Positions 25,562-32,000 of a stretch of DNA of 32,000 nt are shown here, piece after piece. The translations under genes and the position numbers were made by a program. Below the pieces are notes generated by a model. It was not told where the DNA came from and did no database searches. It saw nothing but the letters and a program-made list of their open reading frames with translations. Origin of the DNA: Bellilinea caldifistulae (GTDB lineage Bacteria; Chloroflexota; Anaerolineae; Anaerolineales; Anaerolineaceae). Numbering within the stretch: the stretch's first letter is position 1; each line of letters opens with the position of its first letter. The stretch lies in contig NZ_LGHJ01000010.1 in the NCBI RefSeq assembly GCF_001306055.1, forward strand, positions 154,264-186,263. Reading direction: 5' to 3'.

Positions 25562-26125
25562 ATGAGTCTGGACACCCTGCTCCTGCCTTTCGTGTGGGTC
25601 TTGAACGGACTGCTGGCACTGGTCTGGCTGGCGGTGGACAACCTGGCGCTGGTGCTGCTCATCCCGGCGCTGGCATGGCTGTACCTGCTGCTCGGTCAGC
25701 GGTTGCAGGAAGCCCAAGCCCGCCGGATGCGGCAGGTGCTGCTGCCCGCCGCTGGTCTGGCACTGGCAGCGGTGTTGTTTGCGCCCAGCCCTGCGCCGTA
25801 CCTGCTGGCAGGACTGGCAGGAGTGAGCGGTTTTGTGGTCAAGGTGGACAATTACCGCCCGGACGAATCGGCATGGGAGAGCGTGCAGAACCTCATCCTG
25901 TACGCCCTGGTGGGACTGGGCGCACGGGTGTTGTTCTGGGTGATGGATGCACAACCGGCGGACAACCTGATTGCCGGGGTCAATTATCTGGGTGTACTGG
26001 CGTCTTTTGCACTGTGGGGGATGCCGGTGGCGCAAGCGGGATTGCTCATCAAGAACTTGCTGGCGCACGCCCCAACCGGCGCAGACCCTCGCACGGTCAT
26101 CGAACGGGCAAGGGAGCGGAGATAG
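25562..26125 (+). CDS. Polytopic membrane protein, unknown function
   Basis: 187 aa. GGGGGAAG precedes the ATG. Four to five hydrophobic helices. Confidence 0.55.
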   Translation: MSLDTLLLPFVWVLNGLLALVWLAVDNLALVLLIPALAWLYLLLGQRLQEAQARRMRQVLLPAAGLALAAVLFAPSPAPYLLAGLAGVSGFVVKVDNYRPDESAWESVQNLILYALVGLGARVLFWVMDAQPADNLIAGVNYLGVLASFALWGMPVAQAGLLIKNLLAHAPTGADPRTVIERARERR

Positions 26126-26128
26126 GCG

Positions 26129-26512
26129 ATGTTGCGAATACTGGATAACGGTATCGAAAGCAAGAACGGACAATTTCACGCCGCCTGGTGTCTGGTGGAC
26201 GAGGACGGACGGCGGTACTACCGGGTTGCCGTCCTGCGGGAACGGCTGGAACGGGCGCAGGCAGAAGCGGCGCAGGAACGCCGTACCCGTGAGGAGTTGC
26301 AGAAGCGGCTGGAAGAGGCGCAGCAAGCGAAGGAGAAGCCGAAGAAGAAGAAAGGCGAAGCCAAACGGCAGCCTGAGCGGATTTTGACGCCGGAAGAACT
26401 GCCGCAGTTGTGGCGCAAGTTGGTCGAGGAGATGAGTGGGATGATTTTTTTCCCCCCTGCCCAGGAACACTTCAAGGCGCAGTTGAAGCCGAAGGAATCG
26501 GATATTCGCTAA
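26129..26512 (+). CDS. Hypothetical protein with charged coiled-coil segment
   Basis: 127 aa. RERLERAQAEAAQERRTREELQKRLEEAQQAKEKPKKKKGEAKR. Lies 3 nt after the previous stop. Confidence 0.5.
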   Translation: MLRILDNGIESKNGQFHAAWCLVDEDGRRYYRVAVLRERLERAQAEAAQERRTREELQKRLEEAQQAKEKPKKKKGEAKRQPERILTPEELPQLWRKLVEEMSGMIFFPPAQEHFKAQLKPKESDIR

Positions 26513-26521
26513 CGGCGCAAA

Positions 26522-26728
26522 GTGCTGGTGCTGTATGCGGTGGCGTGTGGTGGCGTCAGCAGCCGGATGGAGATTGACCGGGTGGTGAGCGTGGTGGAGG
26601 GATTGTCCGAGCGGACGAACTCGATCCGCCGTCCTTTGGATGAACTGGTGCAGAGCGGGTTGCTGATTTGCCAATCGATTCGCATGACCAGCCCGTACCT
26701 GGTCTCCGGGTGGCTCGTTGACAGGTGA
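26522..26728 (+). CDS. Small winged-helix-like DNA-binding protein (tentative)
   Basis: 68 aa with GTG start. ..GGVSSRMEIDRVVSVVEGLSERTNSIRRPLDELVQSGLLI.. resembles a wHTH recognition helix plus wing. Confidence 0.35.
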   Translation: MLVLYAVACGGVSSRMEIDRVVSVVEGLSERTNSIRRPLDELVQSGLLICQSIRMTSPYLVSGWLVDR

Positions 26729-26886
26729 ATACGGCGGAGTGGCTGCTCTCCACATTCCCGGTGCGCTTACCCGCAGTGTGCCGGGACGGGTGGCGGTTGG
26801 CTGCCTTCTCTGTCTGCTCATCCGTGAGGGTGGGCGGGCAGAGGGCAGCCAGCCCAAAAAACCACTCGAAAAAAAGGAGAGCAGCC

Positions 26887-27111
26887 ATGAAGTACTTGAT
26901 TCTTGCATTGTTGGCCGGAGCGGGATTGTATCTTGCGGGGGTGGACTTTGAGACCCTCTTGGGTCTGGACACCGCCGCGGTGGATACCGTCCTGCTGGTC
27001 GTAGCGGTGTTGTTCGTTGTGGCGTTCATTGCCCGTCTATTGTGGACGGCAATGTATATTGGCAGCGGACAATATGCGCTGGACAGACGGCTCGACCAGT
27101 GGATCAAGTGA
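26887..27111 (+). CDS. 74-aa two-TM membrane protein with charged C-terminus (holin-like architecture, speculative)
   Basis: AGGAGA lies 6 nt before ATG 26887. MKYLILALLAGAGLYLAG..VLLVVAVLFVVAFIARLLW..RRLDQWIK. The track ORF start 26725 lacks support. Confidence 0.5.
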   Translation: MKYLILALLAGAGLYLAGVDFETLLGLDTAAVDTVLLVVAVLFVVAFIARLLWTAMYIGSGQYALDRRLDQWIK

Positions 27112-27142
27112 CCGCCGTATGCGTGTCGAAGCGAGCCGAACA

Positions 27143-27171
27143 GACCGCCTGCGGGAGATAAGCAGGCGGTC
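27143..27171. repeat. 29-bp hairpin repeat, copy 1 (GACCGCCTGC-GGGAGATAA-GCAGGCGGTC)
   Basis: Perfect 10-bp stem. 28/29 identical, in direct orientation, to 29754-29782. Sits exactly at the GC-rich to AT-rich transition. Confidence 0.85.
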
Positions 27172-27253
27172 CTGGTTATGCATGAATGAAATTTGACTTA
27201 AGAATGACCATTTTGATATGATCGATGCGATGCTGAAGGTAAAACCTGTTTTT

Positions 27254-28192
27254 TTATTCTTCCCAAACGCTCAAAGGAGTCTCCAAACATTGTTCAACTT
27301 CAGCTTCCAGAATGAAACGGGTAAATTCCTCGGGCGATATGCTCAATACCTCTTCAATTGGTTTATATCTGTAGGTTTCTTCGTACTCTCTGAAAAAATC
27401 CAGGAATTCCTTTTTCTCGTCGGGAGACCAGACTACAACACCACCTGTTTGATTAATCAGGGATTTTTTACAAATTCGAACAAAATCTTCACCATTCCTG
27501 CGAACCAGTTCAGCATAATCATATAACGTAATCATTATTCCTTTATTTGGATAGAATATTTTTAGGGTGTATACAACCGGGCCTGTTCCCGGAATCCCGG
27601 TGATATATATCCACACTTCCGCGGGGACACCCAACTTTTTTACTAGTGAAACAAGATCGTAATCCTGGCGGGCCGTGATCCAGGCGATACTCAGGGTTTC
27701 CTTATGCAGGGAGAATCTGGCTATTCGAGAATTCATCAAAGTAGGTTGATCGTCAATGGCAAAGTAAAAATATACGAACAGATTGTCCGGATATACTTTC
27801 GGCATTTGCTGAATATCAACCAGCCAGGCCAATGGCTGCAGGAAATCATAGGCCTCTTTCCATGTGGTTTTGCCGGGAGTTATCCCCCACCAGCAAGGTA
27901 ATTCACAACCGCCGTTGGTTTGGATCAATTCTTTCATTATTGCCAGGGCCTCGGCCGGTGGCAGGGTGGGCAACGGCACCCAGGTGGGGGTACCTGTTGG
28001 CTTGGGAGTGCGGGTGGGGAGGGGAATGGCCGTGGCAGAGGGATTGAGGGTAAACCAGTGTGTGGGTTGGGGTGGTGAAGGGGAGCGGGAAAGTGTTGGT
28101 GAAATGGGATCGGGACTTTTTGCCCCGCAAGCACTCCAGAGCATGGAAGCGATGATGGAGAGCACCACAAGAAAGGAAATGGAAAATTTCAT
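27254..28192 (-). CDS. Lipoprotein, candidate immunity protein of the upstream RHS-CT toxin fragment
   Basis: MKFSISFLVVLSIIASMLWSAC lipobox with AAGGA upstream of ATG 28192 (the ORF is open to GTG 28222). Pro/Thr linker, then a globular domain of about 220 aa. Position directly after the toxin frame stop at 28216. Confidence 0.55.
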   Translation of the reverse strand: MKFSISFLVVLSIIASMLWSACGAKSPDPISPTLSRSPSPPQPTHWFTLNPSATAIPLPTRTPKPTGTPTWVPLPTLPPAEALAIMKELIQTNGGCELPCWWGITPGKTTWKEAYDFLQPLAWLVDIQQMPKVYPDNLFVYFYFAIDDQPTLMNSRIARFSLHKETLSIAWITARQDYDLVSLVKKLGVPAEVWIYITGIPGTGPVVYTLKIFYPNKGIMITLYDYAELVRRNGEDFVRICKKSLINQTGGVVVWSPDEKKEFLDFFREYEETYRYKPIEEVLSISPEEFTRFILEAEVEQCLETPLSVWEE

Positions 28193-28479
28193 GATTTTTT
28201 CCTTTTCAGATAACTTCACCACCTGCCAAGCAAGCTACCCATGTGATCCGACATGAATCGACTTTTTTGTAATCCCCCCGGAGATGTGTCCCAATTTCCA
28301 AACACCCAGCCGATGAACATGTCAGCAAATTCTTCACTTCCCCGCTGGCCGGACACCCCGAATTGCCAATCATCAAATTTTCCTGCGTAGCCAAAGAAGG
28401 TGCCATATTGATCCTTATGAACAATTAAATAATTCTCAGTGATCGGACGAAGTAAATTTACAGGTACATTCTGGGCTGC

Positions 28480-29118
28480 CTAACCAACGGCGTTGTTGAA
28501 AGCATGTCCCAGTTCATGAACGATGACACGGGAATGCTTGAGGAAGTAACTCTCCGAGACATTGGAATACAGGATGATGCGGTTCTTGCTCACGGTTTCG
28601 GCGGCACAACCTCCGCCATTGCCATCGCACGACTCGGCCACATGGAGATAGGTCATGGCTCCTCCGTGGATTTGGAAAAACAGGAGTTCGGGCGAAACAG
28701 AACGGTAGCCGCTGATTTCTCCCATCCGTTTCAGGTTATATTGATTGAGATTGTAAGTTCTGGCATAGGCATTGGCAACTGCTTGGGTTCGTTGCTCGAT
28801 CACGATTTTTGTACTTGAATTAAGACTGATTCCTTCAAATCTTGCTAATTTCAGTTCTTTGTTTCTTGAAAAGCCGTGGGGTTCGAGAAAGGCATGCCCG
28901 CTGGGGTCGGTGAAGCGGAGGGGGTTGTTGAGGGTGTAGGCATACCTGTCCCATGCCAGCGGGTTGCCTGCCCCCGGCACGATACTATCCGGCTGGATGA
29001 AGCGTCCTAGCCGGGGGTCGTAGAAACGGGCGCGGTAGTCGTACAGGCTCAAGGCGGCTTCCTCGCGTTGGGCGGTGAATTTGTAGTGCACGGAATACTC
29101 ACCTGTAGTATAGCGCAA
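28480..29118 (-). CDS. Orphan RHS/YD-repeat C-terminal fragment carrying an HExxH metallopeptidase-like toxin domain (truncated at both ends; probable pseudogene)
   Basis: ..YLYKPWGELRYTTG..LSLYDYRARFYDPRLGRFIQPDSIV..WDRYAYTLNNPLRFTDPSGH is the RHS core-end motif, followed by ..VIVHELGHAF. A stop at 29167-29169 lies upstream, so there is no RHS core. An in-frame TAG at 28480-28482 is followed by 87 more sense codons. Confidence 0.7.
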   Translation of the reverse strand: MRYTTGEYSVHYKFTAQREEAALSLYDYRARFYDPRLGRFIQPDSIVPGAGNPLAWDRYAYTLNNPLRFTDPSGHAFLEPHGFSRNKELKLARFEGISLNSSTKIVIEQRTQAVANAYARTYNLNQYNLKRMGEISGYRSVSPELLFFQIHGGAMTYLHVAESCDGNGGGCAAETVSKNRIILYSNVSESYFLKHSRVIVHELGHAFNNAVG

Positions 29119-29226
29119 TTCGCCCCAAGGTTTGTAGAGATAGCGAGAGCGGATTGCTGTGAGGGATTACATTGCCGCCACCAGCAGTGTCTATTTCCTG
29201 TTCGGTGACCACCCTAAGATTTTGAA

Positions 29227-29619
29227 TTACCCTGCTTTACTTCGACGATACAACCGATGAAAAATTTTCCACACCGAAAGAATTACCAATAAAGCCCCAC
29301 TCAGACTGGTGTATGAATTAAAGCCATACAAAACCCCACCAAAGCTCAACTGCGGTGGTAAAAACGGATACAACCACGCAAATAATCCCAAAGCCAGAAG
29401 GGATAGCAAAGCCATTACACTTGCTTTTTGTCCGGCAAAGTAGAGAAATATTCCAAAACTTATCCCCATAAAAATCATGCTGCTCATGGCTACGATAACA
29501 AGGTGAGGAAAGAGAGCAAACTCAGTTGCCATGGAGAGTCGCACTGCTCTGATCAAATGATCCAGTCCAAAGCAAACAACAGGATATAAAAAAAGAAGCC
29601 AAAAGGCCTTTGTTTTCAC
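29227..29619 (-). CDS. Four-TM membrane protein, unknown function
   Basis: 130 aa, four hydrophobic helices and a basic C-terminus (HRLYRRSKAG). Confidence 0.5.
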   Translation of the reverse strand: MKTKAFWLLFLYPVVCFGLDHLIRAVRLSMATEFALFPHLVIVAMSSMIFMGISFGIFLYFAGQKASVMALLSLLALGLFAWLYPFLPPQLSFGGVLYGFNSYTSLSGALLVILSVWKIFHRLYRRSKAG

Positions 29620-29753
29620 ATACCTCTTATTTTATGAATCAACATCATAGAATTTATTTCATTATAGGAATAGCAACTTATCCATACAAGTGCCCCTGGT
29701 CATAGAGGGTGGCATGACTTTCGGCATCAAGTAGATAACTGTAAAAAAATCAT

Positions 29754-29782
29754 GACCGCCTGCGGGAGGTAAGCAGGCGGTC
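29754..29782. repeat. 29-bp hairpin repeat, copy 2 (GACCGCCTGC-GGGAGGTAA-GCAGGCGGTC); also the higBA terminator on the minus strand
   Basis: Differs from copy 1 only by A>G in the loop. On the minus strand it is followed by ATGATTTTTTTAC and lies 6 nt downstream of the higA stop. Confidence 0.85.
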
Positions 29783-29787
29783 TTATC

Positions 29788-30084
29788 TTAATGATTGTGT
29801 GTAAATGGTAGAACTTCTCTAGAAATTTTTTCTTCTAAATTACCCCGTGTAACTTGTAAGTCATAATAGGTTTGTAAGTTCATCCAGAATTCTGGCGTAG
29901 TATTGAAGGCATATGCCAATCTTAATGCGGTATCGGCAGTTATTCCTCTTTTTCCCTGTACAATAGCATTAATTCTGTCAGGGGGTACTCTCAGCAACCG
30001 GGCCAGTGCATTCTGGCTTAGACCTAACGGTTTCATAAACTCTTCCAAAAGAATTTCACCAGGGTGAATTAATGATGTATCCAT
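29788..30084 (-). CDS. higA: HigA-family antitoxin (XRE-type HTH)
   Basis: 98 aa. IHPGEILLEEFMKPLGLSQNALARLLRVPPDRINAIVQGKRGITADTALRLAYAFNTTPEFWMNLQ matches the HigA/VapI antidote pattern. Confidence 0.88.
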   Translation of the reverse strand: MDTSLIHPGEILLEEFMKPLGLSQNALARLLRVPPDRINAIVQGKRGITADTALRLAYAFNTTPEFWMNLQTYYDLQVTRGNLEEKISREVLPFTHNH

Positions 30085-30103
30085 AATAATTCGTAATTCC
30101 TAA

Positions 30104-30403
30104 TCACTTATGATAATCCACTACTTTAACGTCAAAGGCGTCTCCATTTTCCCAACGAAAGATTATTCGATATTTGTCATTTATGCGGATGCTAAATATA
30201 TTCGACCCTTTTGGATATAACTTTTCGACTCCATTACCCGGAATTGAGTAGAGATCCATCAGTTGGGATGCTGCATTTATTATTAATAATTTACGCATAA
30301 TGCGCCTATATAAATCGGGAGGAAATTTTGAATGTAAAGGATTAATCGTATTAAAATTCTTAAAAAAGTACTCCGTATCCTTGTCACCAAAAGACTTGAT
30401 CAT
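30104..30403 (-). CDS. higB: HigB-type (RelE/ParE superfamily 'killer protein') toxin
   Basis: 99 aa. MIKSF.DK.TE..F....., L..L..A......L...PGN..E.L.....G..SIRIN..YRI.F.W..G.A..V...DYH, the typical HigB pattern. Toxin-first gene order. Confidence 0.85.
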   Translation of the reverse strand: MIKSFGDKDTEYFFKNFNTINPLHSKFPPDLYRRIMRKLLIINAASQLMDLYSIPGNGVEKLYPKGSNIFSIRINDKYRIIFRWENGDAFDVKVVDYHK

Positions 30404-30489
30404 CCTTTGTTCCGTCCTCTTTGTAATTCATAGAATGTACTCCTTTCTGCGAAATATCACTATATTATTATTGTTTCGAGCATACATAT

Positions 30490-30527
30490 ATGATATCATG
30501 GATTTCATATCATGTCAAGCATGATAT
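30490..30527 (-). promoter_or_regulatory. higBA promoter (TTGACA-N17-TATCAT on the minus strand) embedded in four ATGATAT/ATATCAT operator-like repeats
   Basis: Minus-strand -35 is at plus-strand 30513-30518 and -10 at 30490-30495. Palindrome ATGATATCAT at 30490-30499. Inverted pair ATATCATG (30507-30514) and CATGATAT (30520-30527) brackets the -35. Confidence 0.6.
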
Positions 30528-30641
30528 TGAAGTTCAGACATAAGTTAGGACACTGGGGTGAACAATAGTAGTGACCGAAGATCAGTGATACTGCTGAGGT
30601 TTAGCATCCAAACGGCTCTACTTTGCGCGTCGCACAACATA

Positions 30642-30665
30642 GTCGTACAATAACCATTGTAAGAC
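30642..30665. promoter_or_regulatory. Candidate recombinase core site (9-6-9 imperfect inverted repeat) upstream of the integrase gene
   Basis: GTCGTACAA-TAACCA-TTGTAAGAC, arms complementary at 8 of 9 positions. Flanked by 11-bp direct repeats GCGTCGCACAA at 30627-30637 and 30727-30737. Confidence 0.3.
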
Positions 30666-30764
30666 GCAGAAACCCCAAAAATAGCCCCAAAACCCCCATT
30701 TTTCGGGCTTAAAACCGCCCTAAACTGCGTCGCACAATGTTTTTAGCGGGAGGAAAACGCACCC

Positions 30765-31583
30765 ATGAACCCCATAGACGAGTATCTTGCAACCCTCACC
30801 AGCCCCCGCACGGCAGAGCGTTACCGGGCGGCACTGAACGAATTTGCCGACTGGTACACCCAAACCACCGGCGCAAGCGTGGACTGGAACCTGCTCACCG
30901 CCGTTGAGGTCAAGGACTACACCGCCTACCTGCAAACCGTCCGCAGGCTCTCACCGGCGAGCGTCAATCTGCGGTTGGCAGCCCTCCGTTCGTTCCTGCG
31001 CCACCTGGGGCGCACCTTGAAGGTGAAAGGCCCCAAGCAGGTCACGCCGCCGGTCAAGGCTCTCTCCGCCCGTGAGTTGGGCAGGCTGCTTGCCGCCGCC
31101 GAAGGCAGCACACGGGATACCGCCATCCTCAACCTGATGGCACGGGCGGGCTTGCGGGTGGGTGAAGTAGTCCACCTGCGGGTGGGTGATGTCGAAATGA
31201 ACGGGCGTTCAGGGTGGCTGACGGTAAGAGGCGGCAAGGGCAACAAGACCCGCCGTGTACCGCTGAACGGCGAGGTGCGTCAGGCGTTGAAAGCCTGGCT
31301 GGACGAACGCCCCCAGGGAGCAGGCGATGACCTGTTCCTCTCCCGCACGGGCAAGCCGCTATCGGAGCGGGATGTCCAGCGCATGGTGGCGGAGTATGCG
31401 CGGATCGCCGGTGTCGAAGCCACCCCGCACACCTTGCGCCACACCTTTGCCACCCGTGCCATCGAGAAGGGTGTGGATGTGGCCACTCTTGCGGCGATTT
31501 TGGGACATTCCCGGTTGGAGACGACCGGGCGCTATCTGCACCCGACCGCCGAGCGAATACAGGATGCGGTGGAGGGAATATGA
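30765..31583 (+). CDS. Tyrosine recombinase / integrase (XerC/XerD-like)
   Basis: 272 aa. N-terminal SAM-like core-binding domain (YLQ..RLSPASVNLRLAALRSF), then catalytic signature ARAGLRVGEV, GKGNKTRRVPL, HTLRHTFATRA and LGHSRLETTGRYLH. Confidence 0.9.
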   Translation: MNPIDEYLATLTSPRTAERYRAALNEFADWYTQTTGASVDWNLLTAVEVKDYTAYLQTVRRLSPASVNLRLAALRSFLRHLGRTLKVKGPKQVTPPVKALSARELGRLLAAAEGSTRDTAILNLMARAGLRVGEVVHLRVGDVEMNGRSGWLTVRGGKGNKTRRVPLNGEVRQALKAWLDERPQGAGDDLFLSRTGKPLSERDVQRMVAEYARIAGVEATPHTLRHTFATRAIEKGVDVATLAAILGHSRLETTGRYLHPTAERIQDAVEGI

Positions 31584-31870
31584 CCACCTGGAAGCACACC
31601 GAAAGGGCGATTGCAAAGCGGCTGAACGGCAGGCGTCTGGGCGCAACCGGCGGGGCAACGCCGGATGTCATTACCGACCGGCTGGCGGTGGAAGTCAAGC
31701 ATCGCAAGGAACTGCCGGGCTGGTTGAAGGACGCTTTGGCGCAGGCAGTCCACAACGCCGGTGAACGCCTGCCGCTGGTAGTGCTGCACGAGGCGGGCAA
31801 ACGCCATGCGGACGATCTGGTCTTGCTTCGGATGCAAGACCTGGAACGACTGCTTTCCAAACAATTTTGA
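31580..31870 (+). CDS. Small PD-(D/E)xK-type nuclease-like protein (resolvase-like, tentative)
   Basis: 96 aa, ATGA overlap with the integrase stop. ..GATPDVITDRLAVEVKHRK.. gives a PD..ExK motif. Confidence 0.45.
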   Translation: MTTWKHTERAIAKRLNGRRLGATGGATPDVITDRLAVEVKHRKELPGWLKDALAQAVHNAGERLPLVVLHEAGKRHADDLVLLRMQDLERLLSKQF

Positions 31871-32000
31871 AAAGAGAGAGTTGAAAAATCAAGCGTAATA
31901 CGCCGAGCAGACTGTTTGAGGGGTGGAAAAGCCGCACTCGATGGGGTATCCACCCTAAAACAAAGGGGCTGTGTATCTTGATTTGACCTCTTCACCTCCA

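Larger units (their letters stand above)
20395..32000. mobile_element. Mosaic accessory/integrated region starting at the 3' end of tRNA-Pro (right end beyond window)
   Basis: It begins immediately after a tRNA. There are visibly alternating GC-rich (20.4-27.1 kb, 30.6-32 kb) and AT-rich (27.2-30.6 kb) blocks. Content is excisionase-like HTH, vapBC, higBA, RHS toxin fragment, nuclease-like ORFs and a tyrosine recombinase, with no housekeeping genes. Confidence 0.55.

Noticed and set aside
24792-27107. Long minus-strand ORFs (24792-25619, 275 aa; 25520-26908, 462 aa; 26556-27107, 183 aa)
   Set aside because: They are antisense to a coherent series of plus-strand genes with RBSs. Their translations are Arg/Gln/His/Pro-rich and low-complexity, which is typical of shadow ORFs in GC-rich DNA.
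28206-28424. 72-aa minus-strand ORF between the lipoprotein and the RHS fragment
   Set aside because: It is out of frame with the much more convincing continuation of the HExxH toxin frame (28219-28479), and its translation has no features.
27143-31583. Integron hypothesis: recombinase divergent from minus-strand cassettes, including a higBA cassette, separated by hairpin repeats
   Set aside because: The recombinase is short (272 aa) with ordinary Xer-type spacing and no IntI-specific extra domain. The 29-bp hairpins lack the R''/L''-L'/R' attC architecture and GTTRRRY cores. higBA has its own promoter.
31129-31995. 288-aa minus-strand ORF opposite the integrase
   Set aside because: Ser/Arg/Pro-rich translation with no motifs. 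The plus strand encodes an unmistakable tyrosine recombinase, so this is a shadow ORF.

Overview
The window has two parts. Nt 1-20,200 looks like ordinary chromosomal backbone. By protein style (Thr/Pro-rich linkers, FemAB paralogs, kinase-PD40 fusion) it is probably from a Chloroflexota/Anaerolineae-like organism, but that is inference only. This part carries a translationally coupled capD-femAB-nudix-femAB-dcyD-like operon and a Ser/Thr kinase with a beta-propeller. It also carries psuG-psuK, two divergent SPFH-like membrane proteins, proline dehydrogenase, an SDR, a UbiA-like protein, two MoeA paralogs around a polysaccharide deacetylase, bcp and an Rrf2 regulator. A tRNA-Pro(CGG) at 20320-20394 marks the start of a compositionally mosaic accessory region that runs to the window end. 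That region contains a double-HTH (excisionase-like) protein, vapBC, higBA, PD-(D/E)xK-like nuclease candidates and a GC-rich cluster of unknown membrane/secreted proteins. It also contains an AT-rich cassette bracketed by 29-bp hairpin direct repeats. The cassette holds an orphan RHS C-terminal HExxH toxin fragment interrupted by an in-frame TAG, plus a putative immunity lipoprotein. A Xer-like tyrosine recombinase lies near the window end. The most unusual item is an ORF-free, GC-rich stretch of about 0.87 kb (about 21036-21903). It sits behind a near-consensus promoter with a palindromic operator. It is densely helical and built from three tRNA-like modules and three GAGAGA-hexaloop hairpins with compensatory base changes. 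I read it as a candidate large structured ncRNA. All calls come from reading the sequence and ORF translations by eye; no database search was possible.
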